Shown piece by piece: positions 1 through 9,166 of a DNA stretch of 64,000 nucleotides (position 1 is the stretch's first letter; the number at the start of each line of letters is the position of its first letter). This stretch comes from Betaproteobacteria bacterium (GTDB lineage: Bacteria > Pseudomonadota > Gammaproteobacteria > Burkholderiales > SG8-41): NCBI GenBank assembly GCA_016868035.1, contig VGID01000009.1:23881-87880 (forward strand), given 5' to 3'. The notes beneath the pieces were generated by a model that saw only the letters and a list, made by a program, of their open reading frames with translations, was not told the DNA's origin and ran no database searches. The translations under genes and the position numbers were made by a program.

Positions 1-147
1 CAACCCCTCGCGGGCTGGCGCGATTTTGGCCTCGGGCGCGGTGCTCGGAGGGATCGTTCGCCCAGCCCAGCGGACGGCTTGAACTGCGCACCGCGCCAAA
101 ATCGTGACAGCGCAGCGTGTGTTTCATTGTGTTAGGGGCTCTTAACG

Positions 148-765
148 ATGTCCGGCCTGCCTCCCGTCACGCAAGCCCTGCTCATCCTGAACGCGGCGAT
201 GTTCGCCGGGCAGATGCTCGCCGGCGACGGATTCACCCTGAACCTCGCGCTCTGGCCGGTGGGCACGCCGAGCGTGTTCGGCGGGCACCTGGGCTTCCAG
301 CCGTGGCAGATCGTCACCTACAGCTTCGTGCACGGGAGCCTGCTGCATCTCTTCGTGAACATGTTCGCGCTCTACATGTTCGGCTCGGAGCTCGAGCGGG
401 TGTTCGGGCGCAAGCGCTACGTCAACCTCTACTTCGCGAGCGTGATCGCGGCGGCGGCCTCGCAGCTCGTGGTGCAGGCCTACTTGGGCGGTGCGCCGTA
501 CCCGACCGTCGGGGCCTCGGGCGGGGTATTCGGGCTGCTCCTCGGCTACGCGATCTACTTTCCGAACCGCATGGTGATGCTGATCTTCCCGCCGATCCCG
601 ATGCGGGCGCGGGTCTTCGTGATCCTCTACGGGACGCTCGAGCTCTACCTCGGGGTGACCGGGACACAGAGCGGGGTGGCGCACTTCGCGCACCTCGGGG
701 GGATGCTCGGCGCGTGGCTGATCATCCAGAACTGGCGGGGGCGCTGGCCGTTTCGAAAGCGGTGA
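148..765 (+). CDS. rhomboid family intramembrane serine protease
   Basis: 205-aa multi-TM ORF with rhomboid catalytic motifs GASGG (Ser) and AHLGG (His). Confidence 0.8.
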   Translation: MSGLPPVTQALLILNAAMFAGQMLAGDGFTLNLALWPVGTPSVFGGHLGFQPWQIVTYSFVHGSLLHLFVNMFALYMFGSELERVFGRKRYVNLYFASVIAAAASQLVVQAYLGGAPYPTVGASGGVFGLLLGYAIYFPNRMVMLIFPPIPMRARVFVILYGTLELYLGVTGTQSGVAHFAHLGGMLGAWLIIQNWRGRWPFRKR

Positions 766-854
766 TTCCTTGTCACTCCCGCCTCGCCACCGCGCCCGCC
801 GCGGCCGTGTGCTAGGCTACCCGGGAAACGACCGCCTTACCCGGACGACTTTCC

Positions 855-1739
855 GTGAGCGAGAACGCCAAGCTGCTGCGCCTGGGCATCCCCAAGGGCA
901 GCCTCCAGGACACGACGCAGAAACTGTTCGAGCGTGCGGGCTACGACCTGCGCATCTCCGGCCGGTCCTATTACCCCGACATCGACGACGCGCAGATGCA
1001 GTGCATACTCATCCGGCCGCAGGAGATGCCGCGCTACGTGGGACAGGGCATCCTCGATTGCGCCATCACCGGCCTCGACTGGATCCTCGAGAACGACGCG
1101 GACGTCGCCGAGCTCGCCGACCTGCGCGCGCCGTGGCCGAACTACGGCGTCGTGCGCTGGGTGCTCGCGGCGAAAGACGATTCCCCCTTCCGCGCCGTGA
1201 AGGACCTCGAGGGCCGGCGCATCGCGACCGAGGCAGTGGGCATGACCCGGCGCTTCCTCGCGAAGCACGGCGTGAAGGCGAGCGTGGAATTCTCCTGGGG
1301 CGCGACGGAGGTCAAGCCGCCGATCCTCGCCGACGCGATCGTGGACGTTTCCGAGACCGGCTCGTCGCTGCGCGCGAACAACCTGAGGATCCTCGACGTC
1401 GTGCTGGAGAGCACCCCGCGCCTGATCGCCCACCGCGAGGCTCTCAAGGATGCGTGGAAGAACGCCAAGATCGAGCGCCTGCTGATGATGTTGAAGGGCG
1501 CCATCGCCGCCGCGACGCGCGTCCTGCTCTCGATGAATGTGCCGCGCAAGAACGTCGACGACGTGCTGAAGATCCTTCCCGCGCTCGCCACCCCCACGGT
1601 CTCCACGCTCGCCGACCCCGAGTGGGTCGAGATGAGCACCGTGGTCGAGGAGAAAACGGTGCGCGAGTTGATCCCGCGGCTCTACGTCGCCGGCGCGCGT
1701 GGCATCATCGAGCTGCCGATCAACAAGATCGTCGAATAA
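855..1739 (+). CDS. hisG: ATP phosphoribosyltransferase, long form
   Basis: 294-aa ORF with GTG start; LRLGIPKGSL N-terminus, SETGSSLRANNL motif and a C-terminal regulatory domain typical of long HisG. Confidence 0.9.
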   Translation: MSENAKLLRLGIPKGSLQDTTQKLFERAGYDLRISGRSYYPDIDDAQMQCILIRPQEMPRYVGQGILDCAITGLDWILENDADVAELADLRAPWPNYGVVRWVLAAKDDSPFRAVKDLEGRRIATEAVGMTRRFLAKHGVKASVEFSWGATEVKPPILADAIVDVSETGSSLRANNLRILDVVLESTPRLIAHREALKDAWKNAKIERLLMMLKGAIAAATRVLLSMNVPRKNVDDVLKILPALATPTVSTLADPEWVEMSTVVEEKTVRELIPRLYVAGARGIIELPINKIVE

Positions 1740-1774
1740 ATCCGCAGACTGCGAATGCAGAATGGTGCGCGCAG

Positions 1775-2024
1775 CTTAGAGCCGGTAACAAAATCAAGAA
1801 AGATTAGCCGCGGATAAACGCCGATACACGCCGACGAAAAACAGGGAAATGGACAGGATTTACAGGATTTCACAAGATTAACAGGATTAAAGCCGATCGA
1901 ATAATCATGTAAATCCTGTTTTCATCCTGTTAATCCTGTCTATTTTGGTCTTGATCTTATCTGCGTCCATCTGCGTTCATCGGCGGTTTCATGCTCTTTG
2001 GATCTTTGTGATACGGGCTGCTAG
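1775..2024. repeat. ~250-bp modular intergenic element, copy 1 (conserved ends, ACAGGATT-type palindromic core)
   Basis: Ends match the copies at 20478-20693 and 59067-59294; imperfect terminal inverted repeat CTWAGRRC; 10-bp phased sub-repeats; right end overlaps the SDR stop codon at 2021-2023. Confidence 0.6.
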
Positions 2025-2818
2025 AACAATGAGCGCACCATGCCTCCGTCGGCGCGCGCCGCGGCGCCGTTGATGGCAGAGGCCAGAGGCGAGCACAGGA
2101 AAGCAACGACGGCCGCGATTTCCCCGGGCCGCGCCCAGCGCGCAAGCAGTGAGGTGCTGCCCTCGCCTCCGGCAAAATAGGCCTTGCTCATCTCCTCCGG
2201 CGTGGAGCCTTCGATCGCGGCCATCCGCCGCATGAAGGCGTCGACGCCGTCGGTCCAGGTCGGCGCTGCCTGTACCGTGTTGACGGTCACGGCGGTCCCG
2301 CGCGTGCGCTCGGCGAGGCTGCGCGCGATCGACACCAGCGCCGTCTTGGTCATCGCGTAGTGCGCCATCGCCGGATTCGGCTTCGAGCTCTGGTCGGAGC
2401 CGATGAACACGATGCGGCCCCAGCCGCGCCCGAGCATCTCCGGCATGAGCGCGCGCGACAGGCGCACCGCGCTCATCACGTTCAACTCGAACATCGCCTG
2501 CCAGTCGGCATCCTCGATGTCGAAGAACTCCTTCACCGTGAACGTCCCTGCATTGTTGACCAGGATGTCCACGGGTCCGCCTTGCGCCGCGAACCCGATC
2601 AGCGTCCGCGCGCCCGCTGCGGTCGAGAGGTCGGCGGCGCATCCGGTCACCGGCCCGCGCGCCGAAATGTCGCGCACGGCCTTTGCCACGCGGCCCGGAT
2701 CGCGGCCGTTGACGATGACGGCCGCCCCTTCGGCGGCCAGCGCTTCGGCGATTGCCCGGCCGATGCCGGCAGTCGATCCGGTAACGAGCGCGCGTTTTCC
2801 CGCAAGATCGAGGTCCAT
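2021..2818 (-). CDS. SDR family oxidoreductase
   Basis: TGSTAGIGRAIA cofactor motif, NNAG, and YxxxK (HYAMTK); start placed at MDLDLAGKRALVTG. Confidence 0.85.
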   Translation of the reverse strand: MDLDLAGKRALVTGSTAGIGRAIAEALAAEGAAVIVNGRDPGRVAKAVRDISARGPVTGCAADLSTAAGARTLIGFAAQGGPVDILVNNAGTFTVKEFFDIEDADWQAMFELNVMSAVRLSRALMPEMLGRGWGRIVFIGSDQSSKPNPAMAHYAMTKTALVSIARSLAERTRGTAVTVNTVQAAPTWTDGVDAFMRRMAAIEGSTPEEMSKAYFAGGEGSTSLLARWARPGEIAAVVAFLCSPLASAINGAAARADGGMVRSLF

Positions 2819-3048
2819 GATGCTTTCTCCTGATTGATTCCGGGCACGGACGGGAAGCGTGCCGGTTCCGCCCGGATTTGTCACCTGTATCGGCAGCGCT
2901 CAAGGCGGCTGCAGCCGACCCGCAGGGTGGAAAGATCGGGGCCGTCCCCATCCCGTTCTCCCCGAGGATCGCGCACCGCTTGCGTCGCGAGCGGCTTTTC
3001 TCCAGTATGACGAACCGCCGACCAATAATCCTTCGAGGAAGCAACGTC

Positions 3049-4020
3049 ATGCGCATGAACTGCCGTCTCCTGAATTCCCTGCTGGCTTTCTGCCTCGCTT
3101 TCGCCACGGTTGCGGCAACGGCCGCGGAGTGGCCGTCGCGGCCGATCCGCTTCGTCACGCCCGCGGCGCCGGGCGGCACTACCGACGGCCTTGCCCGCAT
3201 CTTCAGCGCGCGGCTGACCGAGACGCTCGGGGCGCAGGTGATCGTGGACAACCGCGCGAGCGCCTCCGGCGTGCTCGCCGCAGAGATCGTCAAGGCCGCG
3301 GCGCCGGACGGCAACACGCTGTTCCTCGCCTACCACCAGCACACGGTCAACGCGGCGCTGCTGAAGCTCCCGTACCACCCGGTCAACGACTTCACGGCGA
3401 TCACGCAACTGACCGAGGCGGGCCTGGTGCTGATCATCAATCCGGCCTCGCCCGCGAAGAACTTCAAGGAGTTCCTCGACTGGACGCGCAACTACAAGGG
3501 CGCGCTCAACTTCGGCTCCGCGGGCCACGGCAGCGGCGGCCATCTCGCCGGCGAGCTCTTCAAGCTCCAGGCCGGCGTCAAGGCGCAGCACATCCCGTAC
3601 AAAGGCACCGGGCCGGCGCTGATCGCCCTGATGGGGGGCGAATACCAGTTCAACTTCGCGGGTCTGCTCGGCGCGCTGCCGCAGGCGCGCGCGGGGAAGA
3701 TCCGCGCGCTCGCGGTGACCACTTCCAAACGCATCCCCGGCTACGAGGACATCCCGACCGTGAAGGAGTCAGGCCTGCCCGACTTCGAGGTGGTCGGCTG
3801 GTACGGGGTTATGACGCCGCCGAAGATGCCGAAGGCGCTGCTCGCGCGCCTGCACACCGAGCTCATCAAGGTGCTGAAGGAGCCGGAAACCACCAAGCGC
3901 ATCGTCGCCGTCGGCGGCACGCCGATCGGGAGCGATCCGGAGACGTTCCGCAAGTTCCTGCTCGCCGACATGGCAAAGTGGGCGGACGTGGTGAAGCGGA
4001 GCGGCGCGAAAGCCGAGTGA
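3049..4020 (+). CDS. Bug family tripartite tricarboxylate transporter substrate-binding protein (TctC-like)
   Basis: Signal peptide followed by WPSRPIRFVTPAAPGGTTD Bug-family N-terminal motif; ~320 aa. Confidence 0.9.
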   Translation: MRMNCRLLNSLLAFCLAFATVAATAAEWPSRPIRFVTPAAPGGTTDGLARIFSARLTETLGAQVIVDNRASASGVLAAEIVKAAAPDGNTLFLAYHQHTVNAALLKLPYHPVNDFTAITQLTEAGLVLIINPASPAKNFKEFLDWTRNYKGALNFGSAGHGSGGHLAGELFKLQAGVKAQHIPYKGTGPALIALMGGEYQFNFAGLLGALPQARAGKIRALAVTTSKRIPGYEDIPTVKESGLPDFEVVGWYGVMTPPKMPKALLARLHTELIKVLKEPETTKRIVAVGGTPIGSDPETFRKFLLADMAKWADVVKRSGAKAE

Positions 4021-4023
4021 CCT

Positions 4024-4050
4024 CCGGACGCGGACTACCACCGCGTCCGG
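4024..4050 (+). terminator. perfect 10-bp GC-rich hairpin just after the Bug stop codon (no U-tract)
   Basis: ccggacgcgg / actacca / ccgcgtccgg. Confidence 0.35.
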
Positions 4051-4051
4051 C

Positions 4052-4190
4052 GTTCAAGGTTCAAGGTTCAAGGTTCAAGGTTCAAGGTTCAAGGTTCAAG
4101 GTTCAAGGTTCAAGGTTCAAGGTTCAAGGTTGGAGCGCTACGCGCTTCAGCCGTTCTCACTTTGAACTTTGAACCTTGAACTTTGAACGC
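4052..4190 (+). repeat. heptad palindrome: (GTTCAAG)x11 perfect tandem array plus an inverted arm of ~4 CTTGAAC-like units
   Basis: Tandem units counted directly at 4052-4128; inverted arm ctttgaactttgaaccttgaactttgaac at ~4160-4190. Confidence 0.9.
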
Positions 4191-4213
4191 GGAACGCGCC
4201 GGCGGCGCGTTCC
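4191..4213 (-). terminator. GC-rich hairpin abutting the aldo/keto reductase stop codon (no U-tract)
   Basis: ggaacgcgcc ggc ggcgcgttcc. Confidence 0.35.
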
Positions 4214-5188
4214 TCAACGGAAATCCGTTCCGTAGAGCGCCTCGAGCCGCGCGAGCACTTCCGGCGGCAGCGGTCCCATCTTCTGCGCCTCGAGCGCCTC
4301 GTCGATGTGACTGAGCTCCGCGCTGCCGATGATCGCGCACGAGACGTCCGGGTTCGACAGCACGAAGCGCAGCGCGACCTGCGCGCGCGTGCCCTCGCCC
4401 GCGCCGATCGCGTCGAACACCGCCTTCGTCTTGCGCTCCTCCTCGGCGAGGCCCGTGTTCGCCGTGAGCACGCTTTCGCGCCCGGTGCGCTCGTCCGTGG
4501 CGATGACGCCGGCGCCGAAGATGCGGATCGCCATCACCGCGACCTTGCTCGCACGGCAGGCCGCGATCACTCCGGAGAAGTCGTGCCCGGTCCACGACCC
4601 GGGCATCGCCCGGCCCGCGCTCGGATTGAGCAGGTTGTAATAGACCTGCGCCGAATCGAAACGTCCGCTCCGGATCACCTCGCAAATGGGTGCGGCTTCC
4701 CCGATGGCGGTAATGCCCATGTGGCGGATCAGCCCCTTCTCGCGCAGCCGCTCGAGCCCGTCGGCGACGCCGTTCCGGCCGAGGATCCGCTCCACCGTCA
4801 TCACCCGGCCGCCGGCCTTCGACCCGATCCGGTTGTGAAGCTGCAGCAGGTCCACCGACGAGCGCTTCAGCCGCGCGAGGCTCGCCTTCAGGCGCGCCTC
4901 GATCTGCGCCGGGGTGTCTTCCAGTTTCTCGACATCGAGACCGAACTTGGTCGAGAGATAATGCTTCCCCCCGGCCTCGGGCAGCAGCCGGCCAAGCGCC
5001 TCTTCGGACTTGCCGTTGCCGTATTGCGCGGCGGTGTCGAACCAGTTGATCCCGCCTGCGAGCGCGCGGCGGATCGCTTCGCGCTTTGTCGCGTCATCCT
5101 TGTGGATGAGAATGCCGCCGACACTGCCGGCGCCGAAGACGACTTCCGAGACCTCGATGCCGGTGCGGCCGAAGGTGCGGTATTTCAT
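4214..5188 (-). CDS. aldo/keto reductase
   Basis: MKYRTFGRTGIEVSEVVFGAG N-terminus and overall AKR-like sequence; start moved to the internal Met. Confidence 0.85.
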   Translation of the reverse strand: MKYRTFGRTGIEVSEVVFGAGSVGGILIHKDDATKREAIRRALAGGINWFDTAAQYGNGKSEEALGRLLPEAGGKHYLSTKFGLDVEKLEDTPAQIEARLKASLARLKRSSVDLLQLHNRIGSKAGGRVMTVERILGRNGVADGLERLREKGLIRHMGITAIGEAAPICEVIRSGRFDSAQVYYNLLNPSAGRAMPGSWTGHDFSGVIAACRASKVAVMAIRIFGAGVIATDERTGRESVLTANTGLAEEERKTKAVFDAIGAGEGTRAQVALRFVLSNPDVSCAIIGSAELSHIDEALEAQKMGPLPPEVLARLEALYGTDFR

Positions 5189-5237
5189 GGGGCTTCTCCC
5201 TGGCGGGGCGGAAGCATACATGAGCGCAGGCCATAAA

Positions 5238-5350
5238 CACGAGTGGCTCGCTACCCGAAGGCAAAAGTCCAAAGTCGGACGTCGAAAACATAGGCCGGTA
5301 ACGTAGCCTCACTTTCGCCTTTCGCCTTGCCTTCGGACTTCTGCCTTTGG
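5238..5350 (+). repeat. family-B intergenic repeat (CGAAAGT-type heptads around the core GGTAACGTAGCCTCAC), copy 1
   Basis: About 90% identical by eye to the reverse complement of 34645-34762 over the central ~90 nt. Confidence 0.75.
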
Positions 5351-5444
5351 GCCGCCCCCGATTGACCCGCCGCGCGGTATCCGTCAACCTTTACCGGTCA
5401 CGCGTATCTCGATTCACGCAGTTTTCGCCGCGGGGGAGGAAAAC

Positions 5445-6413
5445 ATGGACCGATTTCGCTGGATAGCAGGATCGTTGTGTCTGGCAACAGCGGGGGCGGC
5501 GCTCGCGCAGGCGCCGAAGTTCCCGGTCAAGCCGGTGCGCATGCTGGTGGGCTTCGCGCCGGGGGGCGCAACCGACATCATCGCGCGGCTGCTCGCGCCG
5601 AGCCTGGGCGAATCGCTCGGCCAGTCCGTGGTGGTCGAGAACCGCCCCGGGGCGAGCAGCCAGATCGCGGGCGAACTGGTCGCGCGCAGCACCCCCGACG
5701 GTCATACGCTGCTCATGACGACGCAGACGCTCATGACCTCGCAGATGATCGAGGGCAAGACCTTCCCCGACCTGACGAAGGACTTCGTAGCGGTATCGCT
5801 CTCCGCCACGAGCCCCCTCATCCTTGTCGTGAATCCATCGCTGCCGGTGAAAACGGCAAAAGAGCTGATCGCGCTCGCCCGCTCGCGCCCCGGCGAGATG
5901 AACTACGGCACCGGCGGGATCGGCACCACGCCGCACATGTCGGGCGAGCTGCTCGCGACGATGGCGAAGCTCAAGCTCGTGCACGTGCCGTTCAAGGGCG
6001 AGGCGCCGGCGCTCGTGGACGTCATCGCGGGGCACGTGCCGATGATGTTCTCGAACATCACCGCCTCGCTTCCCTACGTGCGGGCAGGGCGGCTGCGGAT
6101 GATCGCGCAGACCGGCCTGACACGCTCGCCGGTCCTGCCCGAGGTGCCGACGATGGCCGAATCGGGCCTGCCCGGATTCGAGATCATCGGGTTCTTCGGC
6201 GTGATGGCACCCGCGGGCACGCCGCGCGAGATCGTCGCGCGGCTGAACGGCGAGCTTGCGAAGTCGCTCGCCCGCCCCGACGTGCGGGAGAAATTCACCG
6301 GGCAGGCGCTCGACCCGGGGACGCTCACCGCCGACCAGTTCACCGCCTTCATCAAGGAGCAGGCCGTCAAGTTCGGGAAGGTGATCCGCGATGCGCACAT
6401 CACCGCCAAGTAA
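5445..6413 (+). CDS. Bug family substrate-binding protein (TctC-like)
   Basis: Signal peptide plus FPVKPVRMLVGFAPGGATD motif; 322 aa. Confidence 0.9.
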   Translation: MDRFRWIAGSLCLATAGAALAQAPKFPVKPVRMLVGFAPGGATDIIARLLAPSLGESLGQSVVVENRPGASSQIAGELVARSTPDGHTLLMTTQTLMTSQMIEGKTFPDLTKDFVAVSLSATSPLILVVNPSLPVKTAKELIALARSRPGEMNYGTGGIGTTPHMSGELLATMAKLKLVHVPFKGEAPALVDVIAGHVPMMFSNITASLPYVRAGRLRMIAQTGLTRSPVLPEVPTMAESGLPGFEIIGFFGVMAPAGTPREIVARLNGELAKSLARPDVREKFTGQALDPGTLTADQFTAFIKEQAVKFGKVIRDAHITAK

Positions 6414-6430
6414 CCGCCGACAGTCAGCCG

Positions 6431-7180
6431 TCACGCTCGTCCAGGGCCGCCGTCCTTGCCGGCCGCCCGCGCAACGTACTCGCAGTGCTCGCAGCCGCGG
6501 GCCGGCGGCGGCGGCCCGGGCGCCATGAGCGTCGCGCGGATCGCCGAGAGGGTCTCCTCCACCCAGCCGTCGTCCCCGTCGTGGGGCAGCAGGCTGATCT
6601 TGAACTCGAGCCGGGCGTCGAACCCGGGCCGGTCCTTGCGCCCGTTGCAGTAAACGAACCAGCCCCGCCGGGCGACGGCGAGCCCCTGGCGGCGCAGGAG
6701 CCACTGGTAGAACTCCATCTGCCGCTTGTAGGGGATCTGCCAGTCGGCGTCGATGTCCACCTCGCCGTTCTTCGAGGTGGCTTTGTAGTCGGCGACGATC
6801 AACTCCCCGGTCGCAAGATCGCGCCACAGATCGTCTATGGCCCCGGAGAGCTCGAGCTTGGTCGCCTCGTGCACCGTGCGCACGCCCTTGAAGTTGCTGC
6901 GCCAGGTCTCGAGCTGCGGATGCGCGTGCGGCACGGCGTTGAGCTCCGCCTCGGTCATGAGCGGGTGCGGCCTGCCCTCCTTCCGGTAGCGGTCGAACTC
7001 GCGCTTCAAGAGCTCGTCCACCGCCGAGTTGAGGGTGAACGGGAACCCGGCGGGGCGCCCGATCCCGAGCCGGCGGTCGAGGTAGAAGCAGCGCGGGCAC
7101 TCCATGAATAGCTCAACCTTCGACCGGCTGAGCGGGAAAGGCCGGTCGGCCGCCGGATCGAACAGCTTCGCGCGCGCCAT
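6431..7180 (-). CDS. PD-(D/E)XK (RecB/Cas4-like) nuclease family protein
   Basis: N-terminal CPRC and C-terminal CEHC cysteine pairs; IVADYK (D/ExK) and QMEFYQWLL (QxxxY) motifs; start at MARAKLF. Confidence 0.6.
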   Translation of the reverse strand: MARAKLFDPAADRPFPLSRSKVELFMECPRCFYLDRRLGIGRPAGFPFTLNSAVDELLKREFDRYRKEGRPHPLMTEAELNAVPHAHPQLETWRSNFKGVRTVHEATKLELSGAIDDLWRDLATGELIVADYKATSKNGEVDIDADWQIPYKRQMEFYQWLLRRQGLAVARRGWFVYCNGRKDRPGFDARLEFKISLLPHDGDDGWVEETLSAIRATLMAPGPPPPARGCEHCEYVARAAGKDGGPGRA

Positions 7181-7349
7181 GGCGGATAGTGTAGCCCTTG
7201 TCCGGGCGCCGCAGGCCCTACCTTCCTCTCGCCTTGCCGTCGAGCCTGGTTCCGCCTTCCGGCTCAGGGTCCCGCCGTCACTGCGTCGCCCCACCCGCAA
7301 AAAGACGAATACACTATCGGCCACATACCATGAACTGAGGAACAACATC

Positions 7350-8399
7350 ATGCACGCTGTGCTCACTTACGGCCCCGGCGACATGCGCTACGAGGAGATC
7401 GAGACCCCGAAGCCCGGGCCGGGCGAGGTTCTCGTAAAAGTCGCGCGCGTCGGCATGGGCATCAACGATCCGACGATCGCCGAAGGCCATTGGCCCACCC
7501 GCAGCGACCGGCCCACGGTCGCGGGGCATGAGTTCGCGGGTGTAGCGGTGGCGCTGGGCAAAGGCGCAGAGCGGCACCACGGCATCGCAAGCGGCGACCG
7601 CGTGCTCGCCGAACAGGTCGCATTCTGCCGCGCCTGCTTCTACTGCAGGCGCGGCTGGTACCACCTGTGCGAACGCCCGCAGCTGTTCGGTCTCAACCTC
7701 GACGGCGGCTGGGCCGACTACATGATCTTCCCGGAGAACTCGATCGTCCACCGCCTGCCCGCCGAGATTTCCGACGGGGCCGCGATCGCGCTCGAGTCCA
7801 CCTCGTGCGGGATCTACACCGTGGAGCGCGGCGGCCTGCGCATGGGCGAGACCGTGGTCGTGCTCGGCGGGGGCTTTCTCGGGCTGATCATGGTCCAAGT
7901 GTGCACGATCATGGGCGCGGGGCTCGTCGTGTACTGCGAGGACGACGACCACCGCCTACAGGTGGGCAGCTCGCTCGGGGCGCACGTGACGCTGAGCCTT
8001 CGGCGCGACGACGTGGTGGCGGAAGTACGGCGCCTGACCGGCGGTCTCGGTTGCGATCTCGTCGTGGACCACGGCCAGACCGAGGCGATCGAGCTCGGCT
8101 CGAGGATGCTGCGGAAACGCGGCCGCTTCGTCGTGGGCGCGGCCTACGCCAGCACGAATGCGCCGAAGATCGAGTTCGGCGCGATCTGCAACCAGAACGA
8201 GCTCACGTTCATCGGCAGGACGATGTCCGGTGGCGCGGACGCGGCCTGCTTCGCCCGCGCCATCGAATACGTGCGCCGCGGCGCCATCAAACTCGATCCC
8301 GTCGTGACGCACAACCTGCCGCTCGCGGATTTCCAGCGCGCACTCGATATTTCACGCCGCCGGATCGAGCATGCCATCAAGGTATCGATGACACCGTAA
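7350..8399 (+). CDS. zinc-dependent alcohol dehydrogenase family (MDR) protein
   Basis: GHEFAG motif, structural-zinc Cys cluster CRACFYCRRGWYHLC, and GGGFLG Rossmann motif. Confidence 0.85.
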   Translation: MHAVLTYGPGDMRYEEIETPKPGPGEVLVKVARVGMGINDPTIAEGHWPTRSDRPTVAGHEFAGVAVALGKGAERHHGIASGDRVLAEQVAFCRACFYCRRGWYHLCERPQLFGLNLDGGWADYMIFPENSIVHRLPAEISDGAAIALESTSCGIYTVERGGLRMGETVVVLGGGFLGLIMVQVCTIMGAGLVVYCEDDDHRLQVGSSLGAHVTLSLRRDDVVAEVRRLTGGLGCDLVVDHGQTEAIELGSRMLRKRGRFVVGAAYASTNAPKIEFGAICNQNELTFIGRTMSGGADAACFARAIEYVRRGAIKLDPVVTHNLPLADFQRALDISRRRIEHAIKVSMTP

Positions 8400-8483
8400 A
8401 CGGTGAATGGGGATAATGGGAGACGGCCCGGTCTGTCCCCGCTTACTATCGTCGCAGTCCATCCCCCAGGAAAGGCCGGCACC

Positions 8484-8930
8484 ATGATCGACATTCAGGC
8501 AGTGGATCACATCGGCATCCGGGTCGCGGACCTGGACCGCGCGCTCGCTTTCTACGGCCTGTTCGGCTTCGCCGCCGAGCACCGGGCCAAGAACGACGCC
8601 GTGGTGGTGATCAAGAACCGCCACGACGTCGAGATCAACCTGGTCTACAACGCCGACAACGACAACGCCGGCAAGAACATCCTGATCGACGTCGCCGAAA
8701 AATATCCCGGCTATACCCACGTTGCGTTCCGCGTGGGCTCGATCGCCCATGCAGTTGAGATGTTGCGCGAGAAGAACATCCGGATCACGCAGGGCCCGGT
8801 GTCGTTCGGGCGCGACGGCCACGTTTCAGTGTTCCTGCGCGACCCCGACCGCAATGTCATCGAGCTGCGCGGCCGCGAGGAGGATTTGTCGCACCTCGGC
8901 GGGGTCGAGCGCTACGAGCCGGAAAACTGA
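8484..8930 (+). CDS. VOC/glyoxalase family protein
   Basis: VDHIGIRVADLDRALAFY and HVAFRV motifs; ~148 aa. Confidence 0.8.
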   Translation: MIDIQAVDHIGIRVADLDRALAFYGLFGFAAEHRAKNDAVVVIKNRHDVEINLVYNADNDNAGKNILIDVAEKYPGYTHVAFRVGSIAHAVEMLREKNIRITQGPVSFGRDGHVSVFLRDPDRNVIELRGREEDLSHLGGVERYEPEN

Positions 8931-9036
8931 GGGGTGAGCGGGGAATTCGAAGGACGCACCTGCGTGCGTCCGAGCCCGCGAACGCCCGACGCGATGCAGC
9001 GCGGCGGGACGGGAGAGGGATGCGCAGCCAGCGTGT

Positions 9037-9157
9037 GTTCCGGGTTCCGAGCTCAAAGTTCCGCGTTCAAAATCATGATCCTTCGTCAAGAACGTTGAAC
9101 CTTGAACTCCGAACGGGCGAAGCCCCCTTCGGAGTCACGACCCACGACTCACGATTC
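9037..9157 (+). repeat. family-A heptad palindrome (GTTC arms, loop, TTGAAC arms, CACGA tail)
   Basis: gttccgggttccgagctcaaagttccgcgttcaaaa / loop ..ccttcgtcaagaa / cgttgaaccttgaactccgaac / tail gtcacgacccacgactcacgattc. Confidence 0.75.
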
Positions 9158-9166
9158 CCGCGTTGG

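Noticed and set aside
4052-4128. The tandem arrays here and at 27240-27302 could be CRISPR arrays
   Set aside because: The units are only 7 nt and directly abut each other with no spacers, and no cas genes are nearby. These are microsatellite-type tandem repeats.
2859-4172. 437-aa ORF ending in FKVQGSRFKVQGSRFKVQG, which could be a repeat protein
   Set aside because: It runs out of frame across the well-supported Bug CDS (3049..4020). It acquires the repeat peptide only by reading through the non-coding heptamer array, which is a GC-rich shadow-ORF artefact.
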